This document shows positions 1-10,026 of a DNA stretch of 64,000 bases, one piece after another. Source of the stretch: Clostridiaceae bacterium. Its GTDB lineage: Bacteria; Bacillota; Clostridia; Oscillospirales; Butyricicoccaceae. A model generated the notes under the pieces. That model was not told the DNA's origin and did no database searches. It was given only the letters and a program-made list of their open reading frames with translations. The translations under genes and the position numbers were made by a program. The stretch spans positions 67,297 to 131,296 of the forward strand of contig JAYFQP010000006.1 in the NCBI GenBank assembly GCA_034926865.1. Reading direction: 5' to 3'. Every line of letters starts with the position of its first letter. Position 1 is the first letter of the stretch.

Positions 1-2
1 CC

Positions 3-152
3 TCAATGATAATCCTTGACACAGTCAAGGGCAATGGCTGCCTGCTGGCAGAGGGGATGTTCCCTTGTCATCATATTGCTTTTACGGCCGAGCAGATCGC
101 GCCCAGCGTAGAGCATGCCGAAAAGATGCTTGAACAGGCAAGAAAGGCATAG
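3..152 (+). CDS. transketolase N-terminal subunit, 3' end only (partial at window edge)
   Basis: Frame is open from the window edge and ends at TAG 150-152 (..ILDTVKGNGC..CHHIAFTAEQ..). The C-terminal transketolase subunit starts 12 nt downstream, which is the typical split-tkt arrangement. Confidence 0.6.
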   Translation, partial: SMIILDTVKGNGCLLAEGMFPCHHIAFTAEQIAPSVEHAEKMLEQARKA

Positions 153-164
153 GGGGTAAACACA

Positions 165-1136
165 ATGAGCGGATATAAAGTAAAAGCTGTTTTTGAAAAA
201 GAAAATATTGAAATGCGCAAGGTCTACTGCGATACTTTGATGGAGCTTGCCGAAAATGATAAAAGAATATGTGTCCTTGATGCCGATTTAGTGGGATCTT
301 CAGGTGTGAAGCCGTTTTTTAAGGCGTTCCCTGACAGGGCTATAGATTGCGGCATACAGGAGGCCAATATGATCGGCGTTGCCGCCGGGCTTTCAGCAGC
401 AGGAATGGTTCCGTTTGCACACTCCTTCGGGCCGTTTGCCACAAGGCGCTGCCTTGATCAGATATTTATTTCTGCGGCCTATGCAAAGCTCAATGTGCGT
501 ATAATAGGTTCTGACCCAGGGGTTGTAGCGGCTTATAACGGTGGCACGCATATGCCCTTTGAGGATATGGGAGCTTTGATGTCTGTTCCTAAGATCACGC
601 TTTTGGAGCCCGCTGACTCTGTACAGTTCGAGTGGCTTGTCAGGGAGCTTCAAAATGCTTACGGCGTTTACTATATAAGGTTGTATCGTAAAGCAGCTGT
701 CGGTGTTTTTGAAAAAGGATCGACCTTTGAAATAGGCAAGGCCGCAGTTCTCAAAGATGGAAATGACGTCTGTATAGCAGCTTCCGGCATTATGGTGGCT
801 GAGGCGCTTAAGGCGGCTCAGAGCCTTGAGGCACAGGGAATATCGGTGGCCGTTCTCAACACCTTTACATGGAAGCCTGTTGATGATCAGACCCTTGCGA
901 CATATTCAAAAAAGTGTGGCTGCTTTGTAACGGCTGAAAATCATAACATTATAGGCGGCCTTGGTTCGGCTGTGGCCTCATCACTTTCCAAGACGGTTCC
1001 CGCCCCAGTTGAGATGGTAGGCGTTCATGACGAGTTTGGCCAGGTAGGTACCGAAGCGTTCCTGAGAGAGGCGTATAAGCTTACATCAAAGGAGATAGAA
1101 ACCGCAGCTAAGCATGCAATAGCAAGAAAAGCTTAA
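165..1136 (+). CDS. transketolase C-terminal (pyrimidine-binding/C-terminal domain) subunit
   Basis: 323-aa ORF with a GGGGG RBS upstream. Motifs DCGIQEANMIGVAAGLS and PFAHSFGPF are typical of transketolase subunit B. Confidence 0.85.
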   Translation: MSGYKVKAVFEKENIEMRKVYCDTLMELAENDKRICVLDADLVGSSGVKPFFKAFPDRAIDCGIQEANMIGVAAGLSAAGMVPFAHSFGPFATRRCLDQIFISAAYAKLNVRIIGSDPGVVAAYNGGTHMPFEDMGALMSVPKITLLEPADSVQFEWLVRELQNAYGVYYIRLYRKAAVGVFEKGSTFEIGKAAVLKDGNDVCIAASGIMVAEALKAAQSLEAQGISVAVLNTFTWKPVDDQTLATYSKKCGCFVTAENHNIIGGLGSAVASSLSKTVPAPVEMVGVHDEFGQVGTEAFLREAYKLTSKEIETAAKHAIARKA

Positions 1137-1257
1137 AATGTAGTATCTGAGAGGCGAATATTAAAAAAATCTTGCCAAACTTCGCTTGGTATGATAATAT
1201 TAGTAATGCTGATTTTATGTAATATTATACTCTTAAATATAACGGAGGTTTTATCTC

Positions 1258-1494
1258 ATGAGCGAAACGTTAAGGTTGGCTTTGACTATCATTCAAGTGC
1301 TTGTCTGCCTTGTTGTTATAGTTTCAGTATTGATGCAGTCGGGCAAGACTGAAGGTCTTGGCTATATCGGCGGTGCGGCTGAAACATTCTTCGGCAAGAA
1401 TAAAGCCAGGTCTATGGATGCGAAGCTTGAAAAGGTCACCGTATACTCTTCTGGCGTATTTCTGCTGCTGACCCTTGTGCTTGCGATATTCTAA
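1258..1494 (+). CDS. secG: preprotein translocase subunit SecG
   Basis: 78 aa with two hydrophobic segments and a VLMQSGKTEGLG motif. GGAGG RBS upstream. Confidence 0.75.
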   Translation: MSETLRLALTIIQVLVCLVVIVSVLMQSGKTEGLGYIGGAAETFFGKNKARSMDAKLEKVTVYSSGVFLLLTLVLAIF

Positions 1495-1509
1495 TTTTTA
1501 TTTAAATTA

Positions 1510-1537
1510 TAGGCGGCATGACAAATGCCGCCTATTT
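1510..1537 (+). terminator. intrinsic terminator after secG
   Basis: TAGGCGGCAT / ATGCCGCCTA 10-bp stem with a 5-nt loop, followed by TTTG. Confidence 0.55.
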
Positions 1538-1714
1538 GACTTATAATACTTATTTTGACAAATGCCTTCTGTCGGTTTTCCACAGGCAGCGACTTACTGC
1601 TTTGCCATTATTGTTGGGAGTTGAGGCATCTGTTTTTGGCAAAAGCCGTCTTAATTAGAAGGCAAGTCTATTTTTAATGTAAATAGTATAAACAAAGAGT
1701 GAGGTAATTCTATT

Positions 1715-3154
1715 ATGGCTGACGACAAAAAGCTGGTGTCGGCAATCACTCCTATGGAGGATGATTTTGCCCAGTGGTACACCGACATTGTAAAAAAGGC
1801 AGAGCTGGCTGATTATTCCAGCATGAAGGGCTGCATAGTAGTACGACCTTATGCCTACGCTATCTGGGAGAACATTCAGCACATTTTTGACGGTATGATA
1901 AAAGAGACCGGACACGAGAATGTGGCAATGCCTATCTTTATTCCAGAGTCACTGCTTCAAAAGGAAAAAGACCATGTTGAGGGCTTTGCTCCCGAAGTCG
2001 CATGGGTCACCTATGGCGGAAATGAAAAACTGGAGGAGAGGCTTTGTGTGCGTCCCACCTCCGAGACCCTTTTCTGCGAGCATTTTGCCCATATCGTGCA
2101 GTCTTGGAGAGATCTCCCCAAGCTTTACAACCAGTGGTGCAGCGTCGTCAGGTGGGAGAAAACGACCCGTCCGTTCCTCAGAACAAGAGAGTTCTGGTGG
2201 CAGGAGGGTCATACCATACATGAGACCGAGGCTGAGGCCCGCAAGGAGACTCTTGACATACTTGATCTTTATGAAAAGCTTCTGCATGAATGCCTCTGTA
2301 TGCCTGTTATAAAGGGCCGCAAGACTGATAAAGAGAAATTTGCCGGAGCTGAGGAAACGTACACTGTCGAGGCTATGATGCACGACGGAAAAGCCCTTCA
2401 GAGCGGCACATCGCACTATTTTGGCGATGGATTTGCCAGGGCCTTTGGAATCCAGTTTGCTGACCGTAATAATAAGCTTGCTTATGTTCATCAGACCTCT
2501 TGGGGTATTTCCACAAGGCTTATCGGCGGTATTATCATGACCCACGGCGATAACTCCGGCCTTGTTTTGCCTCCAGCCATAGCTCCGATTCAGGTTGTTA
2601 TAGTTCCTGTCGCTATGCATAAGGAAGGCGTTTTGGAGAAGGCTCAGGAGCTTGCATCGCATCTTAAGAGCCTTGGAATCCGCGTCAAGCTTGACAGCTC
2701 GGAGCAAAGCCCCGGATGGAAGTTTGCTGAGTATGAGATGAAGGGTGTTCCCATAAGGCTTGAGATAGGCCCCAGAGATATAGAAAACGGAAACTGCGTT
2801 CTTGTTAGACGCGATAACCGCGAAAAAACTGTTTGCCAGCTTGATAAGCTTAATGAGGTTATACCCCAGATGCTTGAAAGCTTCGCAAATGCCATTTATA
2901 AGAAGGCCAAGGATAATCTTGAGGCTAACACAGTCACTGCCCGCACCCTTGACGAAATGAAAGCGGCTATTGAGGGCAAGGCAAGATTTGTCAAAGCTAT
3001 GTGGTGCGGAGATCAGGCCTGTGAGGATGTCATAAAAGAGCAGACCGGCATGCCCGCAAGGTGTATCCCGTTTGAGCAGGAGCACATCGGCGACGTTTGC
3101 CCCGTGTGCGGAAAGCCCGCAAAGCACATGGTGGTTTTCGGAATATCTTATTAA
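1715..3154 (+). CDS. proS: proline--tRNA ligase (archaeal/eukaryote-like short form with C-terminal Zn-binding tail)
   Basis: 479 aa with class II aaRS motifs. The C-terminus [18 protein letters not shown] ends in Tyr, as in this ProRS type. Confidence 0.9.
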   Translation: MADDKKLVSAITPMEDDFAQWYTDIVKKAELADYSSMKGCIVVRPYAYAIWENIQHIFDGMIKETGHENVAMPIFIPESLLQKEKDHVEGFAPEVAWVTYGGNEKLEERLCVRPTSETLFCEHFAHIVQSWRDLPKLYNQWCSVVRWEKTTRPFLRTREFWWQEGHTIHETEAEARKETLDILDLYEKLLHECLCMPVIKGRKTDKEKFAGAEETYTVEAMMHDGKALQSGTSHYFGDGFARAFGIQFADRNNKLAYVHQTSWGISTRLIGGIIMTHGDNSGLVLPPAIAPIQVVIVPVAMHKEGVLEKAQELASHLKSLGIRVKLDSSEQSPGWKFAEYEMKGVPIRLEIGPRDIENGNCVLVRRDNREKTVCQLDKLNEVIPQMLESFANAIYKKAKDNLEANTVTARTLDEMKAAIEGKARFVKAMWCGDQACEDVIKEQTGMPARCIPFEQEHIGDVCPVCGKPAKHMVVFGISY

Positions 3155-3170
3155 TATCATAAGCGATTAT

Positions 3171-3205
3171 AAAAAACCGGCCTGTAATCATTACCGGCCG
3201 GTTTT
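3171..3205. terminator. bidirectional intrinsic terminator between convergent proS and the 76-aa ORF
   Basis: AACCGGCC / GGCCGGTT stem flanked by an A-run on the 5' side and a T-run on the 3' side. Confidence 0.6.
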
Positions 3206-3238
3206 ACTATTACGGCAAACAAAAAAGGTCAAAAGGCT

Positions 3239-3469
3239 TTACTCGTCATATTCCATGCAGTAAGCCGGATATCTGGCAAGATCCACTTTGCCGCTTTCAA
3301 AAAGCATCTTTATAAAAATCTGTGCTTCATATTCCGAAACATTTTCTACAGTGTAAATTGATTCGCTTCCGTAAAGGCAGAGTTCCCCCTCTTCACGGTC
3401 ATAAAGCGCCTCGTATACTTCTATGGTAACAAGAGATTCGTCGTTTTTATCCATCAGCAGTGCTCTCAT
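3239..3469 (-). CDS. hypothetical acidic protein (76 aa)
   Basis: ORF with GGAGGGAGG-like RBS complement at 3476-3486. No recognisable family. Confidence 0.45.
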   Translation of the reverse strand: MRALLMDKNDESLVTIEVYEALYDREEGELCLYGSESIYTVENVSEYEAQIFIKMLFESGKVDLARYPAYCMEYDE

Positions 3470-3879
3470 ATCAAAAATCCTCCCTCTGTAAAGACTTTAA
3501 AACCAATGTGACCTTGTAAACTGAATTAAAACTGTTGCAAAAAGACATTATCGCTATCAGCGCGACATCTGCTATTTATTATATCACATTTACGTCTGAT
3601 TCGTAAAAGTTTTTGGGTTAACCATTAGAAAAGAGCGAGCCTTTTTGTGATTTACACAAAAAAGATATAATATTTTTGTATTTCTGCGTAAAATGATTTT
3701 ATCCTGTAAACAATAAGATCAAATTTCACCATGCTCTCACAGTTTTTCAAAAGCATGCCAGTCGAGTCAGTTTTTTCTTTTATGTGAGGAAGTTGATAAG
3801 AGTTGGCATAAAGTTTACGTAATAGTAAATAATAGGAGCATGTAAATATGATTTCTTGATTCGGGAGGAGTAAAAATAT

Positions 3880-4395
3880 ATGAAGGCGACAGGTGTAGTG
3901 CGCAGGGTTGATGACCTTGGAAGGATAGTAATACCAAAGGAGATACGCAGGACAATGCACATTCGCGAAGGCGAACCTATGGAGATATTTATTGATTCGT
4001 CAGGCAGCGTTATTTTTAAGAAATACTCACCAATGGGCGAGCTTTCAGATATAGCGACACAGTTAGCCGAATCCTTGTATAAGGAGATCGAACGGCCTTG
4101 TGCTATTTGTGACCGCGACGGTATAATTGCAGCAGCCGGCATGAAGTGCGAGGGCAAAAAGCTTAGCCGCGTAGCTGAAGGCGTTATTGAAGAGCGCAGG
4201 ATATATAAAAGCGAAAATATGGATGTGGAGTTATGGGATGGCGGGCCTAAGGCTGAGGTGATAATTCCTGTTATATCGGGTGGAGATCTTTCTGGTTGTG
4301 TTGTCCTTATGGAGGGGCAGGCTGCTGTGAAGGAAGAAGAAATAAGGCTGGCTAAGATGACAGCTACTTTCATGGCAAAACAGATGGAAGATTAA
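3880..4395 (+). CDS. spoVT: stage V sporulation protein T (AbrB-type N-terminal domain + GAF-like C-terminal domain)
   Basis: N-terminus MKATGVVRRVDDLGRIVIPKEIRR is the SpoVT/AbrB swapped-hairpin motif. Length is 171 aa, with a GGGAGGAG RBS. Confidence 0.85.
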   Translation: MKATGVVRRVDDLGRIVIPKEIRRTMHIREGEPMEIFIDSSGSVIFKKYSPMGELSDIATQLAESLYKEIERPCAICDRDGIIAAAGMKCEGKKLSRVAEGVIEERRIYKSENMDVELWDGGPKAEVIIPVISGGDLSGCVVLMEGQAAVKEEEIRLAKMTATFMAKQMED

Positions 4396-4440
4396 AATGT
4401 TTTTTGTAAAGGGTAAAACCACCTTTCGAAGCCAATGCAA

Positions 4441-5838
4441 TCAGCCACGATAAACTGCGCTGTAAAGCATCTCCACTGCGGTGGGGATGCTTTCTGTTTT
4501 AAGTGCCCCAAATCCCAAAACGAGACATGGCTTTTCAAAAGGGCAAACGTTAGAAAAACAATAGCTTTTAAGCCCTCTGATTCGCAGTCCTGAGCGCTGC
4601 GCCGAGGCCTCTATTTCCCTTTCGCTTTTTTGTATATCCGGCTTTAAAAGAAAACTTAGGCCTGTATGCGTGTTTACCATTACTGCCGATGGGCCAAATG
4701 TTTTCGAAATATTGTCCATAAGCGTGTCGCGTCTGAGTTTATACTGGCTTCGCATTTTATTGAGGCTGCGTCCAAAGTGCCCCTCTGAAATATATCGGTA
4801 TAGGGTCTGCTGTTCAAAACGCGAAACTGTGCTTGAAAAAAAGCTGAATTGGTTTTTATATATTGCCATAAGCTTCGGGGGCAGAGCCATATAAGCAACT
4901 CTTATAGCAGGCGCGATAGTACGCGAAAAGGTGCCGATATATATTACGCGTGAGGGGCTCATACTTTGCATACAGGGCATGGGCCTGCCATCGAAACGGA
5001 ATTCAGAGTCATAGTCGTCTTCGATTATATATCTGTCATCTTTCTCCGCTGCCCACTTAAGAAGTTCGGTACGACGTCCCGCCGGAGTGACGATGCCTGT
5101 AGGGAACTGATGGCTTGGTGTAAGATAAGCTATGCCGGCGCCAGATTCAGCCAGAGCTGAAGGGTCTATGCCTTGACTGTCAAGGTTTACAAAGCATACA
5201 TCCATACCCCCGCTTGATAGTATCTGATGTATTTTAGGATATCCGGGATCCTCAACTGCTACCTTGTTGCCCTTGAGTATGTGACACAGCAGCCCAAGTA
5301 GATATTCCATACCTGCCCCAATGATTATGTTGTCGGAATGGCAGTATACACCTCTGCCATGGTGTAGATAAAGGCTTATTGCCTCTCTAAGATCATCGTC
5401 CCCGCATGGATTTCCGTGGTTTAGAAGGTCAGGCCTGTTGTAGAGCGTATCCTTGAAAAGGCGGCCCCATGTTCTGAATGGGAATAGCGATTCATCTATA
5501 CTGCCAGTGAGAAAAGAATAGGCAGCAGAAGAAGTGGGTTTTGGGGTTAAGTGTGCTGAAGCATCGAAAACAGGGGGTGCTTCTAACTGCTCAAGCCGGC
5601 AGACTACGAAGCCTGAACGTGGCTTAGAAATAACATATCCTTCAGAGGTGAGAAGCTGATAGGCCCCGTCAACTGTGCTTTGGCTGATGCCGAGCAGCTT
5701 CGAGGCCGTGCGTTTGCCCGGGAGGCGTTCACCCTCCTTGACACGGCCTGATGATATTTCTAAAGCTATATAATCATGAAGCTGTAAATAAAGGGGGATT
5801 TTCTTTGATGGATCTAGATTAGCTGAAATATAGTCCAT
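4441..5838 (-). CDS. MocR/PdxR-type GntR regulator fused to a PLP-dependent aminotransferase-like domain
   Basis: N-terminal wHTH (LPGKRTASKLLGISQSTV) followed by a roughly 350-aa class I aminotransferase-like domain. I prefer the ATG at 5838 (GGAGG RBS) over the TTG at 5850 given in the ORF track. Confidence 0.8.
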   Translation of the reverse strand: MDYISANLDPSKKIPLYLQLHDYIALEISSGRVKEGERLPGKRTASKLLGISQSTVDGAYQLLTSEGYVISKPRSGFVVCRLEQLEAPPVFDASAHLTPKPTSSAAYSFLTGSIDESLFPFRTWGRLFKDTLYNRPDLLNHGNPCGDDDLREAISLYLHHGRGVYCHSDNIIIGAGMEYLLGLLCHILKGNKVAVEDPGYPKIHQILSSGGMDVCFVNLDSQGIDPSALAESGAGIAYLTPSHQFPTGIVTPAGRRTELLKWAAEKDDRYIIEDDYDSEFRFDGRPMPCMQSMSPSRVIYIGTFSRTIAPAIRVAYMALPPKLMAIYKNQFSFFSSTVSRFEQQTLYRYISEGHFGRSLNKMRSQYKLRRDTLMDNISKTFGPSAVMVNTHTGLSFLLKPDIQKSEREIEASAQRSGLRIRGLKSYCFSNVCPFEKPCLVLGFGALKTESIPTAVEMLYSAVYRG

Positions 5839-5848
5839 GCCTGCCTCC

Positions 5849-5898
5849 AACTGGTATCATTAAATAAATATAAACTGACTATTTTAATATACCCAGTT
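5849..5898. promoter_or_regulatory. candidate MocR operator repeats in the divergent promoter region
   Basis: AACTGGTAT (5849-5857), AACTGACTAT (5873-5882) and inverted ATACCCAGTT (5889-5898). Confidence 0.4.
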
Positions 5899-5970
5899 AT
5901 CTACTACAATAATCTTACGTCTTGAGGGAATATGTGTCAAGGCTTATAAAGACAAAAGGGGAAAATATCT

Positions 5971-6543
5971 ATGGATAAGAAGGCCTTTACTACAAGGGAT
6001 ATCGCCTTGATAGGCGTTTTGTCCGCAATGGTTTTTGCGGCTACATATCTTCACATCGACATACCGACGGCTTTGGGCAAAACTATGATCCATCTCGGAA
6101 ATGTCGTCTGCTTGCTTGGAGGCTTGCTTTTCGGCCCGCTGACTGGAGGGCTTTCTGCCGGAATAGGATCAGCGCTTTATGATCTTATTGATCCTGCTTA
6201 TGCCTCTGAGGCATGGATAACTTTTATCAACAAGTTCATGATGGGTATGGTAGCAGGCCTTGTTTTCAGGATAGGCATGGGCAAGGGGCTGAAGAAGGAA
6301 AATCTTTTTACAGTTATTGCAGGTATTTGTGGAGCTGTAACCTATGTGACTCTTTATGTTTCTAAGACTATCATAATCCAATATTTTATAAACAGCGGAG
6401 TATGGGCAACGGTTTATGCTGTAGCAATACAAAAAGGCACAATCTCGCTTATCAACGGTCTGATAGCTGTGTGTGTATCATCAGTGCTGGCTATAGCATT
6501 GCGTCCCGCCCTGAAAAAAGCTCACATCTTTAGGGATATATAA
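5971..6543 (+). CDS. ECF transporter S (substrate-capture) component
   Basis: 190 aa with about 6 TM segments and a Gly-rich LLGGLLFGPLTGGLSAGIGSALYD segment. It is a solitary S-component divergent from a MocR regulator. Confidence 0.65.
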   Translation: MDKKAFTTRDIALIGVLSAMVFAATYLHIDIPTALGKTMIHLGNVVCLLGGLLFGPLTGGLSAGIGSALYDLIDPAYASEAWITFINKFMMGMVAGLVFRIGMGKGLKKENLFTVIAGICGAVTYVTLYVSKTIIIQYFINSGVWATVYAVAIQKGTISLINGLIAVCVSSVLAIALRPALKKAHIFRDI

Positions 6544-6566
6544 GGTTTTTAAGCATCGCATCCAAA

Positions 6567-6609
6567 GCATACAGGCGTGCCGCCAGGCGGTACGCCTGTA
6601 TGCTTTTTT
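6567..6609 (+). terminator. intrinsic terminator after the ECF S-component
   Basis: GCATACAGGCGT / ACGCCTGTATGC 12-bp stem followed by TTTTTT. Confidence 0.8.
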
Positions 6610-6731
6610 GCTGCGTTGTTTTGTAAGCTCTTATTTGACACAGGCTTGCCTTTGCAGAAGTTTTGGCATTGCAGTTATAAAAAAGGCAGCGCCGGATTAA
6701 CCGCGTGCTGCCTTCTTATTTTTAAAAAAGT

Positions 6732-7025
6732 TTAGCCAAGGATGACTTCTTTGGCCTCTTCAGGGGTAAAATAGCCTGCCATGTCATATTTGTTATGGCG
6801 TGTGGAATCGGAGAGCACGCGCCCTTCAAGAGAATAACAGCGGATAAAACGCTTGCCGTCAACCGATGTCCAGTTTTCGGCGTCCCAAGTAAGGTACCCG
6901 TCGGAGTCTGTTTTTTTATTATAGAGAATAAGATCGACTTGACGGTTATGATTGGCTACGAGATCTATGAGTTGCTCTGTTGTAAGGTCTAGCTCCTGCT
7001 TCTGTATTCTGTCGTATACTTTCAT
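6732..7025 (-). CDS. hypothetical protein (97 aa)
   Basis: ORF with GGAGGCAC RBS complement at 7031-7038. No recognisable family. Confidence 0.45.
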   Translation of the reverse strand: MKVYDRIQKQELDLTTEQLIDLVANHNRQVDLILYNKKTDSDGYLTWDAENWTSVDGKRFIRCYSLEGRVLSDSTRHNKYDMAGYFTPEEAKEVILG

Positions 7026-7157
7026 TTTTGTGCCTCCGTGATTTTCCCTTTAAATAGAAAGAGATTTATTTACGGAATAAATAATAGCACATTTGGTATG
7101 ATAATGCAATGAGTGAAGAGAGGGTATTGACAAATACACGAAAATGGTATATATTTT

Positions 7158-7182
7158 ATATACCCCACGGGGGTGTAGTATA
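7158..7182 (+). promoter_or_regulatory. CsoR-type operator upstream of copA
   Basis: ATATACCCCACGGGGGTGTAGTATA is a GC-core pseudo-palindrome of the TACCC-N-GGGGTA type, located 11 nt before the copA ATG. Confidence 0.6.
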
Positions 7183-7192
7183 GGAGGGCATT

Positions 7193-9769
7193 ATGAAACA
7201 ACGTTTTAATGTTACCGGTATGACCTGCGCCGCGTGTTCCGCTCATGTTGAAAAGGCTGTGGCTAAAACAGAGGGAGTAAAAACGGCTACTGTCAACCTT
7301 ATGACAAATAGTATGACTGTCGAGTATGATGAAAGCCGTGTGAGCGACAAAAATATAATCGGCGTGGTTGAAAGATCGGGTTATGGCGCTTCCGTTAAGG
7401 GAGTCGAAGCTTCTCAGGCAAAGAAGGCTGAGGATTCTCACACAGAGGATGCAAAACATCTTAGGGAGAGCCTTTCAAGGCTTTTGTGGTCTATTGCTCT
7501 GCTTGTTCCTCTTATGTATGTATCAATGGGACATATGGTATCGCTACCTCTGCCATCATTTTTGAGCGGAGCTGAAAATGCTGTATCGTTTGCCTTAGTT
7601 CAGTTTTTGATAACAATACCGATACTTATGCTCAACGGTCATTATTTTAAGAATGGTTTTAAGCGGCTTTTTTCAGGCTCACCCAATATGGACAGCCTTA
7701 TAGCTGTAGGCTCCTCCGCAGCACTTGTTTATGGTGTATTTGCTATTTTCAGGATGAGCTACGGCTTAGGGGCGGGTAATATGGAGCTTGTGCATAAATA
7801 CCATATGGATCTGTATTTCGAGAGTGCGGCGATGATAGTCACGCTTGTAGGGATAGGCAAGTATATGGAGGAAAAGAGTAAAGGCAAGGCAAAAGATGCG
7901 ATAACCAAGCTTTTAGACCTTGCTCCTCAGACGGCGGTTGTCGAGCGAGAGGGGTCTGAGCTTACGATTCCTGTTGCCGATGTTGCCATGGGCGATATAG
8001 TTATTATCAGGCCGGGCCAGAGTATACCTGTTGATGGAATCATTACCGAGGGGCACTCTCAGGTGGATGAGTCAGCCATAACTGGAGAGAGCATTCCTGT
8101 TGAAAAGGCAGAAGGCAGCGCGGCCATTGCGGCCACAGTAAACAAAAATGGATTCTTTAAGTTCAGGGCAACAAGAGTAGGGCAGGATACAACGCTTGCA
8201 CAAATAGTATTCCTTGTGGAGGAGGCCGCTGCCTCCAAGGCGCCTATTGCCAAACTGGCCGATAAGGTTGCCGGCATATTTGTTCCGACGGTTATGGTTA
8301 TAGCGCTTTTGACAGGTATTGGATGGCTGTTGGCCGGACAGACGGCCGAGTTCGCGCTTTCTTCCGCAATAGCGGTGCTTGTTATTTCATGCCCGTGTGC
8401 CTTGGGCCTTGCTACACCTGTGGCGATAATGGTGGGTACAGGTGTAGGGGCCAGAAGCGGTATTCTCATTAAAAACGCCGTCGCTCTTGAAACGCTTCAC
8501 GGCATAGATACAGTAGTGCTTGACAAAACGGGAACCGTCACAGAGGGCGCGCCAAGAGTCACGGATGTGGTGGCCGTGGAGGGAGAAAGAGCGCTTTTAG
8601 CTATAGCTGCTTCATTGGAAAAGCTTAGCCAGCACCCTCTTGCCGACGCCATACTCCAGAAGGCACGTGAGCTGGGGATAGATATACATGAGTGTACGGG
8701 GTTTGAGAATATGGAAGGCATGGGGATTTCAGCTAATATTGACGGCAAGACTTACTATGGCGGCAATCGCAAGCTGATGGATAAAATAGGCGCAGATATT
8801 TCCGGCTTAAGTACAAAGGCGGAAGCTCTGGCCCATGAGGGTAAAACGCCCCTGTTCTTTGCAAAGGATGGCAAGGCCCTCGGCCTTATAGCTGCAGCGG
8901 ATGTCGTCAAGCCAACGTCCAAAATGGCGATAGACCGCATGAAAGAGTTGGGCCTTGAGGTAGTCATGCTGACAGGTGATAACAAGCTGACAGCCGCTGC
9001 CATAGGGCTGCAGCTTGGAATAGATAATACGATAGCTGAAGTTTTGCCGGGGGATAAGGAAAAGAAGGTTAGAGAACTTCAGCAGCAGGGAAGAAAAGTC
9101 GCGATGGTCGGAGACGGAATAAATGACGCCCCGGCCCTTGTCAGAGCTGATGTGGGGATAGCCATCGGCGCGGGAACAGATGTCGCCATTGAAAGCGCTG
9201 ATGTTGTATTGATGAAAAGTGACCTTTTAGATGCCGTAACAGCTTACAGGCTCAGCCGCTCAGTTATAAGAAACATCAAGCAGAACCTTTTTTGGGCGTT
9301 CTTTTATAACTCTGTGGGCATTCCTATTGCCGCAGGTCTCCTTTACAACGCATTTAACATAAGGCTTACGCCGATGTTCGGTGCCGCGGCTATGAGCCTT
9401 TCGTCTGTATGCGTCGTGACAAATGCTTTGAGGCTGAACTTTTTCAAAAAAGAGAATTATAACAGCGTGGCTTATGATTCGCCCGATGATTCCTTTAGTA
9501 TGGTATCTTCAAATAATGATATAATAAAAGCTGAAAATAAGAGCAAAAAAGGAGAAGAAAAAATGACAAAGACACTTAAAATCGAAGGCATGATGTGCAT
9601 GCATTGCAGCGGCAGGGTAGAAAAGGCGCTCAATGGCATTGCAGGAGCTCAGGCAAAGGTAGATTTGGAGGCCGGTACGGCTATTGTAACTCTATCACAT
9701 GAGGTTTCTGACGATATCCTTAAAAAGGCTGTGGAGGATGCCGGATATCAGGTGGTGTCGATAGCGTGA
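7193..9769 (+). CDS. copA: copper-translocating P1B-type ATPase with an N-terminal HMA domain and an extra C-terminal CopZ-like HMA domain
   Basis: GMTCAACSAHVEK (HMA), SCPCALGLATP (CPC), DKTGT and GDGINDAPAL motifs. The C-terminal 68 aa, MTKTLKIEGMMCMHCSGRVEKAL.., form a second HMA domain. Confidence 0.9.
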   Translation: MKQRFNVTGMTCAACSAHVEKAVAKTEGVKTATVNLMTNSMTVEYDESRVSDKNIIGVVERSGYGASVKGVEASQAKKAEDSHTEDAKHLRESLSRLLWSIALLVPLMYVSMGHMVSLPLPSFLSGAENAVSFALVQFLITIPILMLNGHYFKNGFKRLFSGSPNMDSLIAVGSSAALVYGVFAIFRMSYGLGAGNMELVHKYHMDLYFESAAMIVTLVGIGKYMEEKSKGKAKDAITKLLDLAPQTAVVEREGSELTIPVADVAMGDIVIIRPGQSIPVDGIITEGHSQVDESAITGESIPVEKAEGSAAIAATVNKNGFFKFRATRVGQDTTLAQIVFLVEEAAASKAPIAKLADKVAGIFVPTVMVIALLTGIGWLLAGQTAEFALSSAIAVLVISCPCALGLATPVAIMVGTGVGARSGILIKNAVALETLHGIDTVVLDKTGTVTEGAPRVTDVVAVEGERALLAIAASLEKLSQHPLADAILQKARELGIDIHECTGFENMEGMGISANIDGKTYYGGNRKLMDKIGADISGLSTKAEALAHEGKTPLFFAKDGKALGLIAAADVVKPTSKMAIDRMKELGLEVVMLTGDNKLTAAAIGLQLGIDNTIAEVLPGDKEKKVRELQQQGRKVAMVGDGINDAPALVRADVGIAIGAGTDVAIESADVVLMKSDLLDAVTAYRLSRSVIRNIKQNLFWAFFYNSVGIPIAAGLLYNAFNIRLTPMFGAAAMSLSSVCVVTNALRLNFFKKENYNSVAYDSPDDSFSMVSSNNDIIKAENKSKKGEEKMTKTLKIEGMMCMHCSGRVEKALNGIAGAQAKVDLEAGTAIVTLSHEVSDDILKKAVEDAGYQVVSIA

Positions 9770-10026
9770 GAGCCGATAAGGCCAAGGTGCTGCGTCTTTT
9801 GAAAACAGCCTCCGGTCAGATCGAGGGTGTGGTCAAAATGATTGAGGAGGACCGTTATTGCCTTGATATATCAAATCAGGTTATGGCGGCTGAAAGCGTT
9901 CTTAAACGGGCTAATCGAGAAATAATAAAGGCCCATATGTCGGGGTGCGTGCGCGAAGCGAAAACCGATGCCGAGCGGGATGAAAAAATCGAGGAGATAC
10001 TTAAGCTTCTTGAAAAATTGATGTGA
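9766..10026 (+). CDS. csoR: CsoR-family copper-sensing repressor
   Basis: 86 aa with a GTG start overlapping the copA stop (GTGA). YCLDISNQ..HMSGC provides the C-H-C ligand pattern. Confidence 0.8.
   Translation: MRADKAKVLRLLKTASGQIEGVVKMIEEDRYCLDISNQVMAAESVLKRANREIIKAHMSGCVREAKTDAERDEKIEEILKLLEKLM

Noticed and set aside
1540-1714. Possible T-box leader upstream of proS
   Set aside because: No T-box sequence (AGGGTGGTACCGCG-like) and no specifier or terminator architecture is visible.
1949-3160. 403-aa ORF on the minus strand
   Set aside because: It is entirely antisense to proS, which has unambiguous aaRS homology. It has no RBS and a low-complexity composition typical of a shadow ORF.
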